DNA of 64,000 nt from Nageia nagi (lineage: Eukaryota > Plantae > Pinophyta): assembly GCA_050084985.1 (NCBI GenBank), contig JBITNC010000001.1, forward strand, positions 155,558,001 through 155,622,000, read 5' to 3'. The translations under genes and the position numbers were made by a program. Below, one piece after another: positions 13,501-27,807 of this stretch (position 1 is the stretch's first letter; each line of letters starts with the position of its first letter). The notes under the pieces are model-generated. The model searched no databases, was not told the origin of the DNA, and saw only the letters and a list, made by a program, of their open reading frames with translations.

Positions 13501-15910
13501 GTCTTTAGGGCATGCTTTGTTTAGGTCTGTAAAGTCTATACATATTAGAATCTTCCTAGTGGATTTCTTAACTAGTACCATATTAGAAATCCTATCAGAA
13601 TAGTCAATGGGATGAATAAACTTAGCTTCCAAAAGATTTTGTAACTCTTATTTTACCATTAGAGCAATTATAGGATGCATTTTTCATAGCTTTTATTTAA
13701 CAATTTTTGCACCCTCCTTTATACCAAGATTATGTACTACTAAATTTGGATCAAGTTCAGGCATATCAATATATGACCATGCAAATATTTCCTATTTTTC
13801 TTTGAGTATTGTAATGAACTCTTTTCTCTCATTTTTAGTAAGGGATTTTCCTAATTGAATAATTTTAGGGTTGCTAGGTTCATCACTCAAGTCAAACTCA
13901 ATGGTTTCCTTAATTAACATGTGGGATCTTTCCTCCATTTGGTTGCGTATTGGAATCCAATTATTATTGTTTGCATTATATTCTCCATCCTCACCTTCAT
14001 ATTGATCTTCCAAAGTAGTATTAATATTCAAATATGAGGTGTATAAGATTGCATCTATGTTCTTGAAATCTTGGATCATAGGTTGTTCAGGAATTAGTGC
14101 AAAATTCATAGTTTCTTCATCTACCAAAAATTACAAGGAAGAGCTACTTGAAGTTTTTGAGCCTATTATATCAAACTCATCACTTCTAGACCAATCAAAG
14201 TCCATTTTATGCATATGATTATCACATATTTCCATGATTTCTACCATATTAATTGACATATTAGAAAATAATCTTCCTAAAGATAACATTCTAGACTCCA
14301 TATAATCTTGATTTGTCATCCATTTAGATGTTTCAAACAAATTTTCATATGTTTTGGATTCTGGTTCTAGCTTAGTTATCTTACAAATAGATACTCCTTG
14401 ATTTTTGTTTCTATAACCTAATCCTATCTTATCACTGGATAATTGATAATGAATATCAATGGTGTACTTAGGTCCTTCTTCATATTTTCCTAAACCTTTT
14501 CCTTTCCATTAACACCTATCAAACTATCTTTGGATGAATGATGTTACATCTGATGATAAATATTATAATGAATTATAGAAAATACCTTTGTTAGACTAAG
14601 GTAAAGGGAGGATAGGTGGTTCTATTGAATCATGATATATAAAAAGTGTTTGATTAGGTAACTACCCCAATGGTATTAATTACCCTACCACACTAGGAGA
14701 CTCTTTAGGCCTTCTTATTTCTTGAGCTATAGGAATATTAAAAATGACATCTTTAATGGCAAATTCTCCTATTCCATAATATGTTAATCTTATAGTCATA
14801 GGATATATATTAGATGGTTTATCTTTTATTGTACTATTATAATTGGTGAATTCATGGGATATGATGTTTTTGATGATAAAACTTTGTTTGTTTCATCTAG
14901 ACTTCATGCTCTTTCTTCTCATGTTTATTTTTCTAGGAATGTCGATTTTATTTTTAGTAATGGATCCTTATTAATCTTTGGTGTATGAGGTATTTCAAGA
15001 TCAACAAGATCTTTCCCTTTTAATGAACTTAGAGAAGCACCTTTTTTGTTAATATTTACTATTGAAACCTTTTCAGGAACTAAAGGTGATATAAAATAAT
15101 GAGTAGAAGGTAAAGCAGTTTCTCTTGAAAGATGCATATAATTGCAATGGGAATATGGATTTTCATATCTAAGTACACAATGTACCACCCCATCATGAAT
15201 GTATTTTAGGTAGTTTTGATATGTTGATAGGACACATTGCATGTCTCTAATCCAAGGTCTCTCTAAGAGTAGGTTGTATTGCATTATATCTCCTTTAATA
15301 ATTTGTAATAATGTTTGTATGATTTTAGATCCCATAGTAATAGGTAATGAGATAGATCCCATTGTTGAGCACAAACCATCATTGAAAGCTCTTAATTGTA
15401 AATCAGGTGCACATATATGTGAAAAAGGAAGATTCAAGTTCTTATAGGCCATTGTAGAAATGATACTTATTGTAAAACCTTCATCTATTAATATCTTCTT
15501 AAAGGCCCTCCCATATATCTTGGTTATAATATGTAATAGAGGATCTTGACCTTGTGAATGACTTAATTGCCTAACTTTATGATCATAAAAGGCGATAGTG
15601 GGTTTTTGACTTGTCTTAATATTTCCCACAAAAGACACAAAGCTTTTAATATCATTAATATCCAACTCAATTATTTACAACAATTGGTTCATAACATCCC
15701 TATGATCTTTGGATTATTGTAGTAACTCAAACAAAGACATCTTCACTTGTGAGTTTCTTAATTGATGTTTTAAGACTCCCTTTATTGAAACCTTAAGAGG
15801 TTGAGCTCTAGGTATATTTGGTTGTATAATAACATCATTTGTTTGATTATTAAGAATATCAGCTTGTCTTCCTTGTGCCCTTTGGGCTCTTATGGTTATG
15901 CTTACCATAG
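10586..15910 (-). pseudogene. pol: pol: protease, G-patch, reverse transcriptase, RNase H, additional archaeal-type RNase H, integrase; many stops/frameshifts
   Basis: PR KKILIDEGFTISII; G-patch WKGKGLGKYEEG...KIGLGY (~14410-14510); RT ICIDFTDLNKACPKD, LMDGFS, YVDD; RH EKLCLVVVFATKKLRYY; aRH YFDGS..TNNNVEYEAL..IGDSLLIINQV; INT YWPTM..CVKCKQH, WALDLIG, YFTKWVE, KFAPNWLGPY; stop at 10586. Confidence 0.95.
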
Positions 15911-18413
15911 CAACAAAAGTAGAAGCATCCTAAAATGCTTTATGCTTTACTTGATTTTTGTGGGTATATGATGCTATGGTATTAGCTTGGTGTTGAGGAA
16001 GTGGATTCTGATATATTTCTAAATTTTGATTAGGGATAGTCAATGGGTTATCTACCTGTAATATTTCTTGATCAATCAAATCTTGAACCTTATGTTGTAA
16101 CATTCTACATTTGCCTATAGTATGACCCTTCTAACGATGGTAATGACAATAATAATTCTCATTATACCATTTACTATCTCTTGGATCTAGTCTTTGAGAT
16201 CATATTTTAGGTAATGTATTCATTTAATGTTCCATTAATTTTTTCAAAATATCATAAAGTGATTCAGTCAAAGGAGTAAACTTTCTAGGTGATGGCCTAG
16301 ATTTTCTTCCCTCATTTTGTGGAATAGGTATGTTTTGCAGAGGGTTTGGTTCTCCATATTTAAGATAAGAAAATTTATTAGTAGGCATTGGTTTTGTTGA
16401 TTTTTCTACCAAATTCCTATTTCTAACATAAGGTTCTTTCTTTTTATCTTTTAGCTCTCCATCCTGGATTTTAACCTTTTTGATTACAACATCTTGAGAT
16501 ATTGCTTTCTCAAACATCTTGTGTTGTTGAATCAATAAGGTACCAGCGATAGGTGTTAGATAAATTTGACTAAATATTTTCACTAGTTCTTCTTATGGTA
16601 GAGTATAAGGCATGCTTATCAAAATCACCCTCCATATTAAAATAAATTTTGTAACTATTTCATCTTAAAATTATTGTAATCTTATGAGATCAGTTATGGA
16701 GGTTTTATCTTTAATATTTATTCTAAAGTATTCTAAGAACAAGTTAGTCAATTGCACGTATGATGTGATGCTATGTTTAGTTAAGTTATTGTACCAATCC
16801 ATTGCTTGTTCAACAAGTGTCATAGGAAAGATACACAACATCAAAGCATCATTATTGGAAATTACATAGCTTAAATACTTAAAACATCTTAGATGCTATT
16901 TAGGATCATCCTTTCCTTTGAAAGATTCAATCTTTGGAATTTTGAATTTAAAAGGGATATCCATTTTAGGAACACTATAGTGTATGGGTTCATTACAAAT
17001 AATTTCATAAGAGACTTTATGCTTGTTTTGTTGGTGTAACATCTTTTCAATCTCTATTAACCTTTCATCGAAGTCATTAGTTGGTTGCGTATGCACGATA
17101 GGATATTTACTATCCCTATTACCTTCCCTTTGTTCATTTGTTGAAAACAATTGGTAACTTCTTTTGGAAGGTGTTTAATCACCATAGTAATTTTTACTAT
17201 ATGGTGGAGAAGGAGAAGGAGGTTGATATGGAGGCAATTGTTGTTGCCCCTATTGATATAAAGGTGTAGGAACATGATGTTTTTGAACCTCATGTTTGGA
17301 CTAAGATAAAGGGGTATTGAAGGTTGATGTTGCTCATGTGATACCTCCTTTATTTTAGGTAACTAAAGGTTTTGATTTTTATAATTTTTATGACCTTAAG
17401 GAGATAAGGATCTTACTCTAGATGGAAACTTCTCATTATCAATTATTTTTTGATTAGATCTATTTTGAAGTTGAGTTTGAACTTGTTGTTTGTTAAGTTA
17501 GCTTATTTGTGTTTTGCTTTGATATGCATGAAACACAAGCTATGTTTGCAAATATGAATTTTTCCTCGATATTCTAGGTTGATTTAATTTCTATATATCT
17601 AGATTATATAGAATAATGTTTTGGTTGGTCTAAAGATATTCCTAATTCTAATTTGATCTAAACACATAGGATGGTATCTCTTCTACCTTATACCTTGAAG
17701 GATCAAGATTTCCTTTATGTCTTTGTTTGGGAATTCCATGACTAGTCCTAGGGGTAATATGGGTCGTACTAGGATTCATGCAACTCGTAATAGAAGAAGC
17801 ATAACTAGTTCTAGGGGTAGGTGTATTTATTTTCAAAATATGATAAGCATTATTATACACCTTAGCATGGCTTCTTGATTCATATATTGGAGTAGCTGTA
17901 TGTATGGAAATTCTATCATCAAATTCATCCATCCTTTTATAGATGGTGTAAGGGGGATAATCATATCATCTTATATAGGATTGAATAAGATGTCCATTTG
18001 GTAGATAATGTGTAACATGATCATACTTAGCTTTAAAAGGACCCTTCTATAACATGACATAATTTGAATGCATTTGTGATGGGGTAAAGGTCCTTTAAAT
18101 AACTTCTTCCTCATTACCTATTGGTGTATCTTTGGCTAGATAATTTAAATATAATAAATACTATGAGCATGAGAAGAATGAGGAATCTTTTAACTGTGTT
18201 AAATGCTATCTTACTTTGTTTAAGGTATCTTCTATTTCTCAAGGAGTTCCTCTCCTTGATATGTGTCTGCTAGATTTATGAGACCTATAACTAGGTTGTC
18301 TTTCTTGGTAAGTTTCATCATAAGGCTCTCATTGATGATGAGCCATTTGAGAATGGGTGTGAATCATTCTCTTCTATTTTTTGAGACTTTACACTTTTAA
18401 ATTTTGTTTTCAT
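15910..18413 (-). pseudogene. gag: gag (retrotransposon gag domain + Tat-type CCHC knuckle), degenerate
   Basis: KFKIPKIESFKGKDDPK, RKFTPLTESLYDILKKL, WYNENYCHYHR*KGHTIGKC..LQHKVQDLID. Start approximate. Confidence 0.85.
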
Positions 18414-18574
18414 TTTTTGCTAAACAAGAAATAAAAGAAAACACACATAATTCATAGCAATTATATTTTTATTTTTGAATTATAGCAAGAAAATAAATAA
18501 ATGCACAAAAATCTTATTTATAAACTCACCTTTTTGGTTTGATTATCTTATCTAATTTTGTTGATAAATTAAAT

Positions 18575-20944
18575 TAATTTTTCTTAATGAGAGATGTGAA
18601 TGATTGTTAGGAGCTGATTTCATCATTTACCTTCTTACATCCCAATAAAGGCTTTATAAAGGCATTATTATCCAATTTCATGCTTTTCTTGAGATGATGT
18701 CAAAATTACTAGCATTATGACATAATTAAGAAGTTATCAAAGTTATTTCACTCAATGCTATGATTGCTAGAAGCTGATATCATCCTACACATTAGTACCC
18801 CATTTCCTATGAGATAACATCAACATCTATAGTATTGCATTACGAATAAGGAGATATAAATATTATTTCACTCAATATCATGCTCTTCCTAAGATGACAT
18901 CATCATGTACCTTACTTCATCGTGTCTAAGGTATTATAAAGGTATCATTTCTCAATACCATAATTTCCTTGGAAATGATGTCATCATTATTAATGCCACA
19001 TCATGACTAAGGAGTTACACAAGTTATTTTAATAAATGCCTCATTTTCCTTGAGTTGATATCATCATTATAAATTTTGCATCATAACTAAGGAGTTACAA
19101 AAGATAAAATTAGTCAATATTGAGATTTTTAGGAGCTTACATCACCACTCTTACTAATATATTTTAGCCAAAATCATCACCTTTAAAGTACAACATTGCT
19201 ACTTTCATCCTTTCCCATATTGTGGTAAGGTTTCTACTAATGTTGTTAGCCTAAAGTGTGGCAATTTTACTTTCATACTTTTCTACATTGAGGTAAAGTT
19301 CCTAATAATATAATCTACCTCAAAGTATGACATTACATCTTTTACCCTTTACCACACCATAATAAGGTTTTTGCTAATATCATTAGTATCAAAGTGTGGT
19401 AATTTGTATGATGTCCTATTTTACCTTATTTACTTTAAATTTAACTATAATAAGCCTTCTATTGATCATAGTAACTCAAATTCTTCCATTGCATGTTGTA
19501 CATGAGCTAACATTAGCATTCATAATACTAAATCATGGCTAAAAAGTATGCCACATTTGCAAAAACTAACATCAACATCCTTCTGGTAGAACATACTAGA
19601 AGCATAAGTAAAACACTAAAATACTTATTATTAGGTTGTTCATCATGATGATATCATCATCATAAAGTTGCACTCCTAGGAAAGAAAAAATAAGAAAATA
19701 TAAAGGCTCCTAGCATATTGGATGAGATCAACAGGACATGTGCAAATAATTAAAGACTGTTCCTAGAGCAAGAGAGCTTGTGAGAATGAGAAATAATATT
19801 CTAAAAAGCATAAGGTATTCTTATCTCCTAGGCTCCTCATTTTAAGGACATTAACATGCACATAAGGAGATTTTAGCAACATGAAACAATAAGGAAATAC
19901 ACTATTTCCAAGATCTTCACTTTGTTGATATTAGCATAAAACTTTGCCAACCCTTGAAAATATATGTATATAGAATTAGATGAACATTCATGATTGAATT
20001 AGAAGGGAGTAAAAGTTTTGCTTCAAAATGATCATAGTCAGAGATCCTGTTAGGAGATTGCTTGTATAATAGGATAAATTTAGAGCACAAAGAAAAATAA
20101 AAGGGTCACAACTACAAATCCTATCAGAAACCTTACATATAAAACTCTATAGATGGTATCCTTTATAAATAATCACCATATAGAAGGAAATAATTAAATA
20201 AGGTAGTTGTAGGTAACCATAAAATTGAAATCATAATTAATGAAGTTCAATCAAGAATACTCAAAAGTAAGCGAATATTTAATGAACATATTGATTGTAG
20301 ATGACATGAGCATAACTACACATGAAGGCGGTTAAATACCCAAGTGCAAGACATTGCAAAAATATTCTCACCATTTACCTATTTTCTAGCCAAAGGTATT
20401 GTTTAGAGTCTTTTCTATTTTCTTGAGTTCTTCTTTCGTATTCATCTTTGTCATACCATAGAAACATACTCTATTTTTCATTCATCTTTAGGATATATCT
20501 AGGCAATATGTGGTCATTATGACCCATGTACAGATACCATAGCCAAATTATTATTTAGCTTATTTCTATATTTTATCCACAAAGATATTATTAGTTTAGC
20601 TAGGGATTTTATTATTCAAGATTCTATTACATCATTTGGACAAAATTTTGTTATGGTAATTTTGAATTATATTTTGTGATAATGAGCCAAACTCATTGAA
20701 TATAAATTGCAATACAATGGAATCTCCTTGATCTGCATATCTATTTATCTTGAATGAATTTCATTAGCTATTGTAGACTAACATTATTTGAATGTTGTAG
20801 TAGCATATTCTTCTATAATATTGATCATATGTTATTATACTATTTGAATGAGAAATGTTGACTATTTTTCAATGCTATTATTTCATTTGCATGACTTTGT
20901 TACCCAATGGATTTAGGTATCAATATTTTTGTGATTAAATAGGG
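18575..20944 (+). repeat. Left part of the 5' LTR of the Athila-like element (5'-truncated); contains ~80-bp and ~69-bp tandem arrays
   Basis: Colinear with 59640-60101 + 61274-63210, e.g. CACTCCTAGGAAAG..AAAATAAGAAAATA at ~19671 and ~61917. Confidence 0.8.
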
Positions 20945-21630
20945 TGTATATACCTCAAAATTATCTTTTTCCCTTGATCTTCTACATCTCAATATTTTTA
21001 TCCTAATTACTCCATCATAAATTTTTTGACCTTGTATATCAGGCCCTAATTAGTACGTTAGCTGTCCTAGTTGGTTGAACGATTGGCTTACCAACTAGCC
21101 AACTAGCTAGGCCACATTGTATCGATTAGGTATCATCTCTATAAAGTCAAATTTGAAATTTATTTTTCCTCTCTTATAGTTTTAATCCTCTCACCTATTG
21201 ACCATTGATGATCCTTCTTTCTCACACAATTGAAGCATTGAGTAAGATCCCAAGTTGTAATCACCCATAACACTTCCTCTCACATGTTTTGATCGTTCTT
21301 ATAGGTGTTGGTGAGCATTAGGAGCTATCTTTGATCCATTTGATCAATCATATCCATTTTATTGCATTTGTGTGGGCATGTAACATTTTTGTAGGTTAGA
21401 TTCATGCTATTTTACTCTTATTTTTATCATGTTATTATTATCTTAGTATAGCATGAGCATTTCACCTTGCATTGTCGGTGTTTTATTACTTTTTAATGCC
21501 TATTTGATTATGGGATAGGGGGTATACATTACATCAAGGAGGTTAAACAACTCTATTTGAGAACACACTAGGATCTTAAGGGAGTAGAGTGTTGAGACTC
21601 CCTCTAACATTTAACTTTTGTAGGTCTAGG

Positions 21631-22306
21631 TGTAGACCCAAAATAAATGCATAACATAATAATTTAAATTAAATGCACTTATTTGGATTACAAAGTTTAT
21701 TGACACATATATCAAAAATATTGCAATAATGAATAATAGGAATACATGTATATTTTATCCCAAACATATGCTTATTAGATTAATGAAATCATACATCAAA
21801 CATGAGCATACATTCATTTATTTATATGCCATTAATGAATTAAAAGCAATACATCGGTAATGGCCTAAAAGAGGAAAAATTATGAATCCTACAAAAGATA
21901 TGAAGATGCTTGAACAAAATATTCATAAGATAACAAATATGTAATCAATTTTAGAAATGATATTCGTGTGTTACAAATATGAGATGATATTTGCTAGGGT
22001 CTCCCTTAGATCTTCCTCTTTGTTCTCTTTACATTTGTCTTTGGTATGTAAATCTTGTCATGGTTTCTATAACCTCATGTAACCTCCTAATATCCTTCAA
22101 TGATATCCCCCTTTTTTAGGTTTCCTTTAATGCCTTTATATAAGAACATCTCTATTACAAGATTTTGACCCCTTGTACATAGTACAATGGTCCATTACAT
22201 GAATTACATAACTTTGGGTATTTTTTAACCCCTTTTTACATTATACATCATTGATGATCTAAAATGAATTATTTAATAAATAATAATTCATTTTTAGGCA
22301 TATACA
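21631..22306 (-). repeat. 3' LTR
   Basis: Direct repeat of 30280-30923. Adjacent PPT CCAAAGAGGGGCAAAC on the minus strand. Confidence 0.92.
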
Positions 22307-22889
22307 GTTTGCCCCTCTTTGGAGGTGTGATTAAAGCAATGGAATTACATGTCCAAAGAAGAAGTACAATTTTTTTATTTTGAGAATTTTGAACTCTTTG
22401 CTGCACTACCCCTTGTTGTTAATGAAAATGAGGACCCTTTACCACCCCTTTTAGCTTGGATTCCCTAGGAAAGATCCTTGACTAGTGCAACTAAGGAAAA
22501 ATCTAAAGAAGTATGTCTCTCTAGGAATTTTATTATTTGTATGTGTGGAAATGATTGTGGTATTAGGTAGCTATATGGTTCCATATCCAATGTTGGAGAT
22601 GGAAGATTTATTTTTAGCCCCTTATGCTATTTCAACCATGAATACGGTCATTCCATTATGTATGATACTTAGGAACCATTTGCATGTATGTCCATGCCTT
22701 GAAATAAAGGGGATCTACTTTATCTAAGATGAAATATGAAGGAAATATATATCATTGATGGTGTGGGAATAGCAAGCATGCTACTAATAGTGTAGGATCA
22801 TTGGTATTTTCTTCTATTATTTTGGATGTAGATACCTAAAATGAAGTGTTAGTAATACCCTACATAAAAATAAGAAGGATGTAAAGTGA

Positions 22890-23420
22890 GTTGCATCATC
22901 CATTGATGATAAGTCAATGTTAGCAATCTACTTATGACTACATCACCAATTTGTCTTTTAAGTGAGTGAACTCTCACTAGCCGTGTCGATGGCCATCGAT
23001 GGTCATACATTTTATGTATATGACCTAAAGACATTATGCTTTGTATGGTTCAAAGAAAAAATAATATGGATATATAACAATTTGTATTTTCCATTAGGGA
23101 TGAGCCAATATCAACATCTTGCTTATGATTGTATCATAGATTTGCTTTTAAGTGAGTGAACTCTCACTAGTCATGTCGTTGGCCATTAGTAGTCATACAT
23201 TTTATGTCTATGAATCAAAGATATTACATTTTGTATGGTTCAAAGCAAAACTCATGTGGATACATAGCAAGTTGCATTATCCCTTAGGGATGAGCCAATG
23301 TCAACATCTTTTTTATGGCTGCATTGCTAGTTTACTTTTAAGTGAGTGAACTCTCACTAGCCATGTCGATGGCCATTAACTATCATACATTTTATGTCTA
23401 TGACCTGAAGACATTATGCT
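22890..23420. repeat. 190-bp tandem repeat, ~2.8 copies
   Basis: AGTGAGTGAACTCTCACTAG recurs at 22961, 23151 and 23341. Confidence 0.92.
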
Positions 23421-25254
23421 ATGTAGCAAGGATGAAATAAATATAATATTGAGAGGGTTTTTTTTTTACTATGGTCACAATGACTCATAGGGATGTAGAA
23501 TGTGATACATAGACTATGGTTAAAGTCAACTTCTAGTCCATGGATGATATTTGTATTATTTGAATATCATATATCTGGTGTATAGGCTACTATTTTGAAT
23601 AGTTCATAGCCTATAGATGGCCTTTGAGTGAATCACACTAGTGATGTCCTAGAATGAATGCAATATTTTCTCATTCAATACATCAAGAAAACATGCCTTA
23701 GATTATTCATTCACATGATCATCAATAGATCATGGTATGTAATTTATAAAAATATACCTTATATTCAATCATTCAATGGTCTTGAACTTCAATTTGCATG
23801 AGTTTTCAATGGAAACCCACACCACTAGCACCGTGAGATGTGCTAAATTTTCTATATTTATCTTCAACAAAATTGATCACTATTATGAAAGGATATCATT
23901 TCCATCAATAAATTAGAAAACAACATTAAAATTCATTGAAATATTGATATGCCCAAAGTAGAAGAGATTTGTAGCAATTTTAGGTTCTTGGTGGAGCATA
24001 ATTATCAAGTTTTTCTATAGAATTTTGAAAATTGTGTAATAATCATGTGCTTATGTCATTTCAATATCTTCTAGAAATAGAGCATCATTGAGAATTTATT
24101 AGAACAATTTCAAAGATATGCTCAAGACAACAAGTTTTGCTAATATTTGGCATTCACCATTCTAATGTGTTTGATATTCAAGTAACCATTGCATAAAATT
24201 ATGAGATAAATATAATTGAGAAATTTTTTTGAAAGTATGTTTAATTTATCCCTTTCTATATCATTAACAGTGTCTAAAAGGATAAACAAACATTCAAATA
24301 AAATGGCACCTTCAATTGATGATGAAATATGAATTTTGGCTATAATTGTATTTGCTACCAGTTATGATTATGAAAAATAGAAATTTAATGTACTATCACA
24401 ATGAAACTAAACATTAATAATAAAATTTCATGTCATAATCTAATGTTCAAGTGTCACTTATCATTCCAAAAGGTTATAAACAACCAAAATTTGAAGGGTG
24501 CATTTTGAATTTTGTTTATTTCCTCTAATTTCACGCCACTAGAGGTCCAAATTTAATACAAATTAAATTGAAAAATGCATATAGTATAGTTTTGATGCAA
24601 GATGAGTGATAGGCTATCAAATTAATTTTTCTCATCATTCTAAGCCTTTTCCAATTGAATGCACATATATCTCATAAAAATGGATGCCATTGGCGATGTA
24701 AAAATGGTTTTTTTATGCTTGCAAAAAGAAACAGTAATCATTTAAAATATTTTCAAGCATTTTGGGCATTTAAAATAATGGTTTCACATGCTTTATGAAT
24801 GAAAAGTATGATGCCCTAAGATTTGGCCCAAAAGTTAACCTTATATAAGAAAATTTTTAAAATAAAGTCATTTTGATTTTTTACTCTCCCTATGTTGTTG
24901 TTTTGGTCCTCTAGTTGACCTAGCAATGAAGTGCTGCTCATTTTTTGATCTTTTTACTATTTTCTTAAGTAGATGTACATGGGGCGGAGTGATAGCCTAA
25001 TTTTTATCCTATGTAGCCTAATTTTTTTATAGTTTGACCTTAATTACTCATGGTGAATGATTATTGGAGGGAAATTAGATGTCCCATAATAGGCCGATGG
25101 GGGCACATCGTGAAGTACCTTTGCTCCTTACCCTATGATCATATAATGAGTTTTTCTATTCTCTTCATTGTGCAATTTTATTTTTATGTTTAATTTTCAT
25201 TCTCAATTATTATTAGTGCACACATGCACTTACTTGCTCTATGATTTCCTTGCA

Positions 25255-27075
25255 GGAGCATAAGGTTCTAATTTGCAAAGGTCCTGCGACCACCACAGTG
25301 CTTGAGAAAGCGTTGAGCTAGCCTTAAAAAACACATATGGATGATATTCTAGATTAATGTGGATTAATAGATTTAGCTATTGCTAGCCACATCTAGTAAG
25401 AAATTCCACTCCTTAATGCATTGGATGAGTGATGGGACTTAAATTGCTATTCATTTCACCTACCCCCAGGTGAAATGATCATGACCCTTTTAGATGTATA
25501 CTAGATTTGGGGTGTTCCCATCAGGGAAGCCTTGTATAATAGAGAGAGATTATGAATAATAATGTTTGTGAGAAGGAGGCCCTTTTGATCATAGGGGAAG
25601 TGGACCATGATTGAGAGCACCAAGTGGATCACCTTGCAGAGGTTTGCAGGTTTTCCCCATCTGGGTGACACTTGTGTTTATACATTACTGTTATCATCAC
25701 TACTTATCTATGTATAGATATGAATAATTCTACATTCCCCTTGGGTATAGTGTGGATTATTTATCAAATTTGTGAGAGGGGGATCCATTTCATGTGGGGG
25801 CCACTAGTATTGACCCAATTATATAGGGATATGTACAATTTTGTTAGCATTGACAAGTTCAATGTTACTATTACTCAAGCTAGTTTATTATAGATATGGG
25901 CATATGAGCACATTGCAATTGTATGACTCATAGGTTTAGAGCAGGTGAGAGAGGATCCTGACAACATTGCATTGGTGTTTTGGACCTCATGAGTAGGTGG
26001 TTACATGTATTTGTACTCTCTCAAGTCATGAAGGAGAGAGATAGATCATCTCTAGGAAGAGGATCTCATATGGGTGTGTTTACTGAAATTTTATATGGCA
26101 TGTTGATGCTCATCAACATGTGTGGGTTAATTAACACTACTTCCTCTATACTAGAAGGAAGGTTATGGAGCCTTATCACCCTAGGTGAGTATTAAGATAT
26201 TTCAAAATCTAGCAAGGGATCCTACCCATGCCTTCATGCTACCATGGGTACATGGTAGAGAGATTTGCTACAGGCTTGTAGGTCATTCAAGCTTAGAGAG
26301 AAGCTTGAGAGGAGCCCCAAATTTTAGATGATGCTATGCATATTTCTATTTATCCTAGGGTTTCCCCCAATTATGTAAGATGGTGGGTCAAATTCTATCC
26401 TAGTGACATTAGGATGGACAAGGAGGATGATAGTGATGAGGAGGCAACCAATAAGGGGTCATCTGGGGATGACATGTCTTAGGTGAATAATCCCATCCAT
26501 AACATCCTAATGCAAGAGGGAGAGGGAGCAAGAGGGCTAGCCATGCTAGCAGTAGTTTCTCCAAGTGTTGCACCAAGTAATATTATAGCCTAACTTTATA
26601 ATTTATTGATGTTCATATTGTATTTACTAGTACAAAGTAACTAATCCATATGTGTGTGCAATAAGAGGTGCTAATGCTAGGATTCCCTTATTAGAGGTTT
26701 AAGTTATGATATTGAGACCTATGGAGGTCTAAGTGGAAAAATTGAAAGCCACCCTCACTAAGAAGGATGCTCAAATTGCTACCTTGGAATAGTCAATCAA
26801 GAGAATATAGGATAGGCTCAATATGCCCCCACTTGATCAGCAGTGGGCATACATTTAGAGTCAAGATGATAATATTGAGGCCAAGGAGAGTGAGATTATG
26901 ACATTAAAGGTGAAATATGTTAGGGCAAAGATTAGGAAGCCATGGTGTGATAGCTAGTGACATATCTAGAGATATTATGATGATGAGGGTGAGTAGCAGT
27001 AGCAGAAGGTGGGTTAGGTTGAGGATTACAAATACAATTAGTAGTAGTGGTAGTGCTCACCCTAGAAAGATTTTG
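25255..27075 (+). pseudogene. PMD gene antisense to gag, degenerate, with acidic and coiled-coil C-terminus
   Basis: LLNALDE*WDLNCYSFHLPPGEMIMTLLDVY*IWGVPIR (~25410-25525), FMWGPLVLTQLYRDM (~25790), L*IWAYEHI (~25890). Acceptor-like TTCCTTGCAG at ~25250. Confidence 0.88.
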
Positions 27076-27115
27076 GGTGTGAGGCCCTTATTTGTACCAT
27101 ATGTATTTTTTAAAG

Positions 27116-27123
27116 ATATATAT

Positions 27124-27198
<75 letters not shown>
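27116..27198. repeat. (TA)n microsatellite
   Basis: ~80 bp near-perfect TA run between the convergent PMD and gag 3' ends. Confidence 0.97.
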
Positions 27199-27202
<4 letters not shown>

Positions 27203-27807
27203 TTGTGCATTTTGGACTCAAATTTATATGTTTACTTTTTTATTATTGTTGTGAATGTTTGTGTTTTTCTATGAATTGCTAATCAATATATGATTTTGGT
27301 AATCAAAATATGATCTTATATAACCTAAAAGTCATAAAAGGAAGATGAACTTAATACCAAAAATTGCTCAAGATAGTTCAAAAATGATCATAATAAAATA
27401 TGAATGCAATATGAATAGTAATTATAACAATCCACCTAATGAAAATGAATAAGGTCCCAAGGTACCAAAAGGGATCTTGATGAAAATATACCTATTTTTC
27501 CTAAGATACGACATGACAACTAGCCTAGGACCAATTCAATACACTCAAAATTGTTCAAGGATGTTAGAAATACTATTGTTGAAAACTCTATCCTAGGAAA
27601 TGTACATCATTAGCGATGCAGAATAGGCCCCAAACATCGTTGGTAGTGTATTCAAAACTAAACTAGGTAGGGAAATAAAAGAACACAACAACGCATAAAA
27701 ACCTAGCAAAAAATAGACTTAGCACATACAAACAACTACTAACATGCATACAAACATAGAAAATATCTTATCTAACTAATATACAGTACATGCAAAAGTG
27801 AAGAAAT

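Larger units (their letters stand above)
5071..18570 (-). mobile_element. Decayed Ty3/gypsy Tat/Ogre-lineage LTR retrotransposon, 5' LTR not found
   Basis: 3' LTR plus PPT, complete degenerate gag-pol with an additional RNase H and a G-patch, a 3' extra ORF and an antisense PMD gene. It abuts another element at ~18575. Confidence 0.88.

Noticed and set aside
22890-23420. CRISPR-like reading of this and other regularly spaced repeats (also 35700-36200, 54670-55330)
   Set aside because: Whole units repeat with no unique spacers, there are no cas genes, and the context is a eukaryotic transposon.
23500-24400. Possible additional decayed ORF in the 21631-30923 element
   Set aside because: No recognisable motif or sustained frame on either strand.
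27092-27274. YIYIYI ORF
   Set aside because: Translation of the (TA)n microsatellite.
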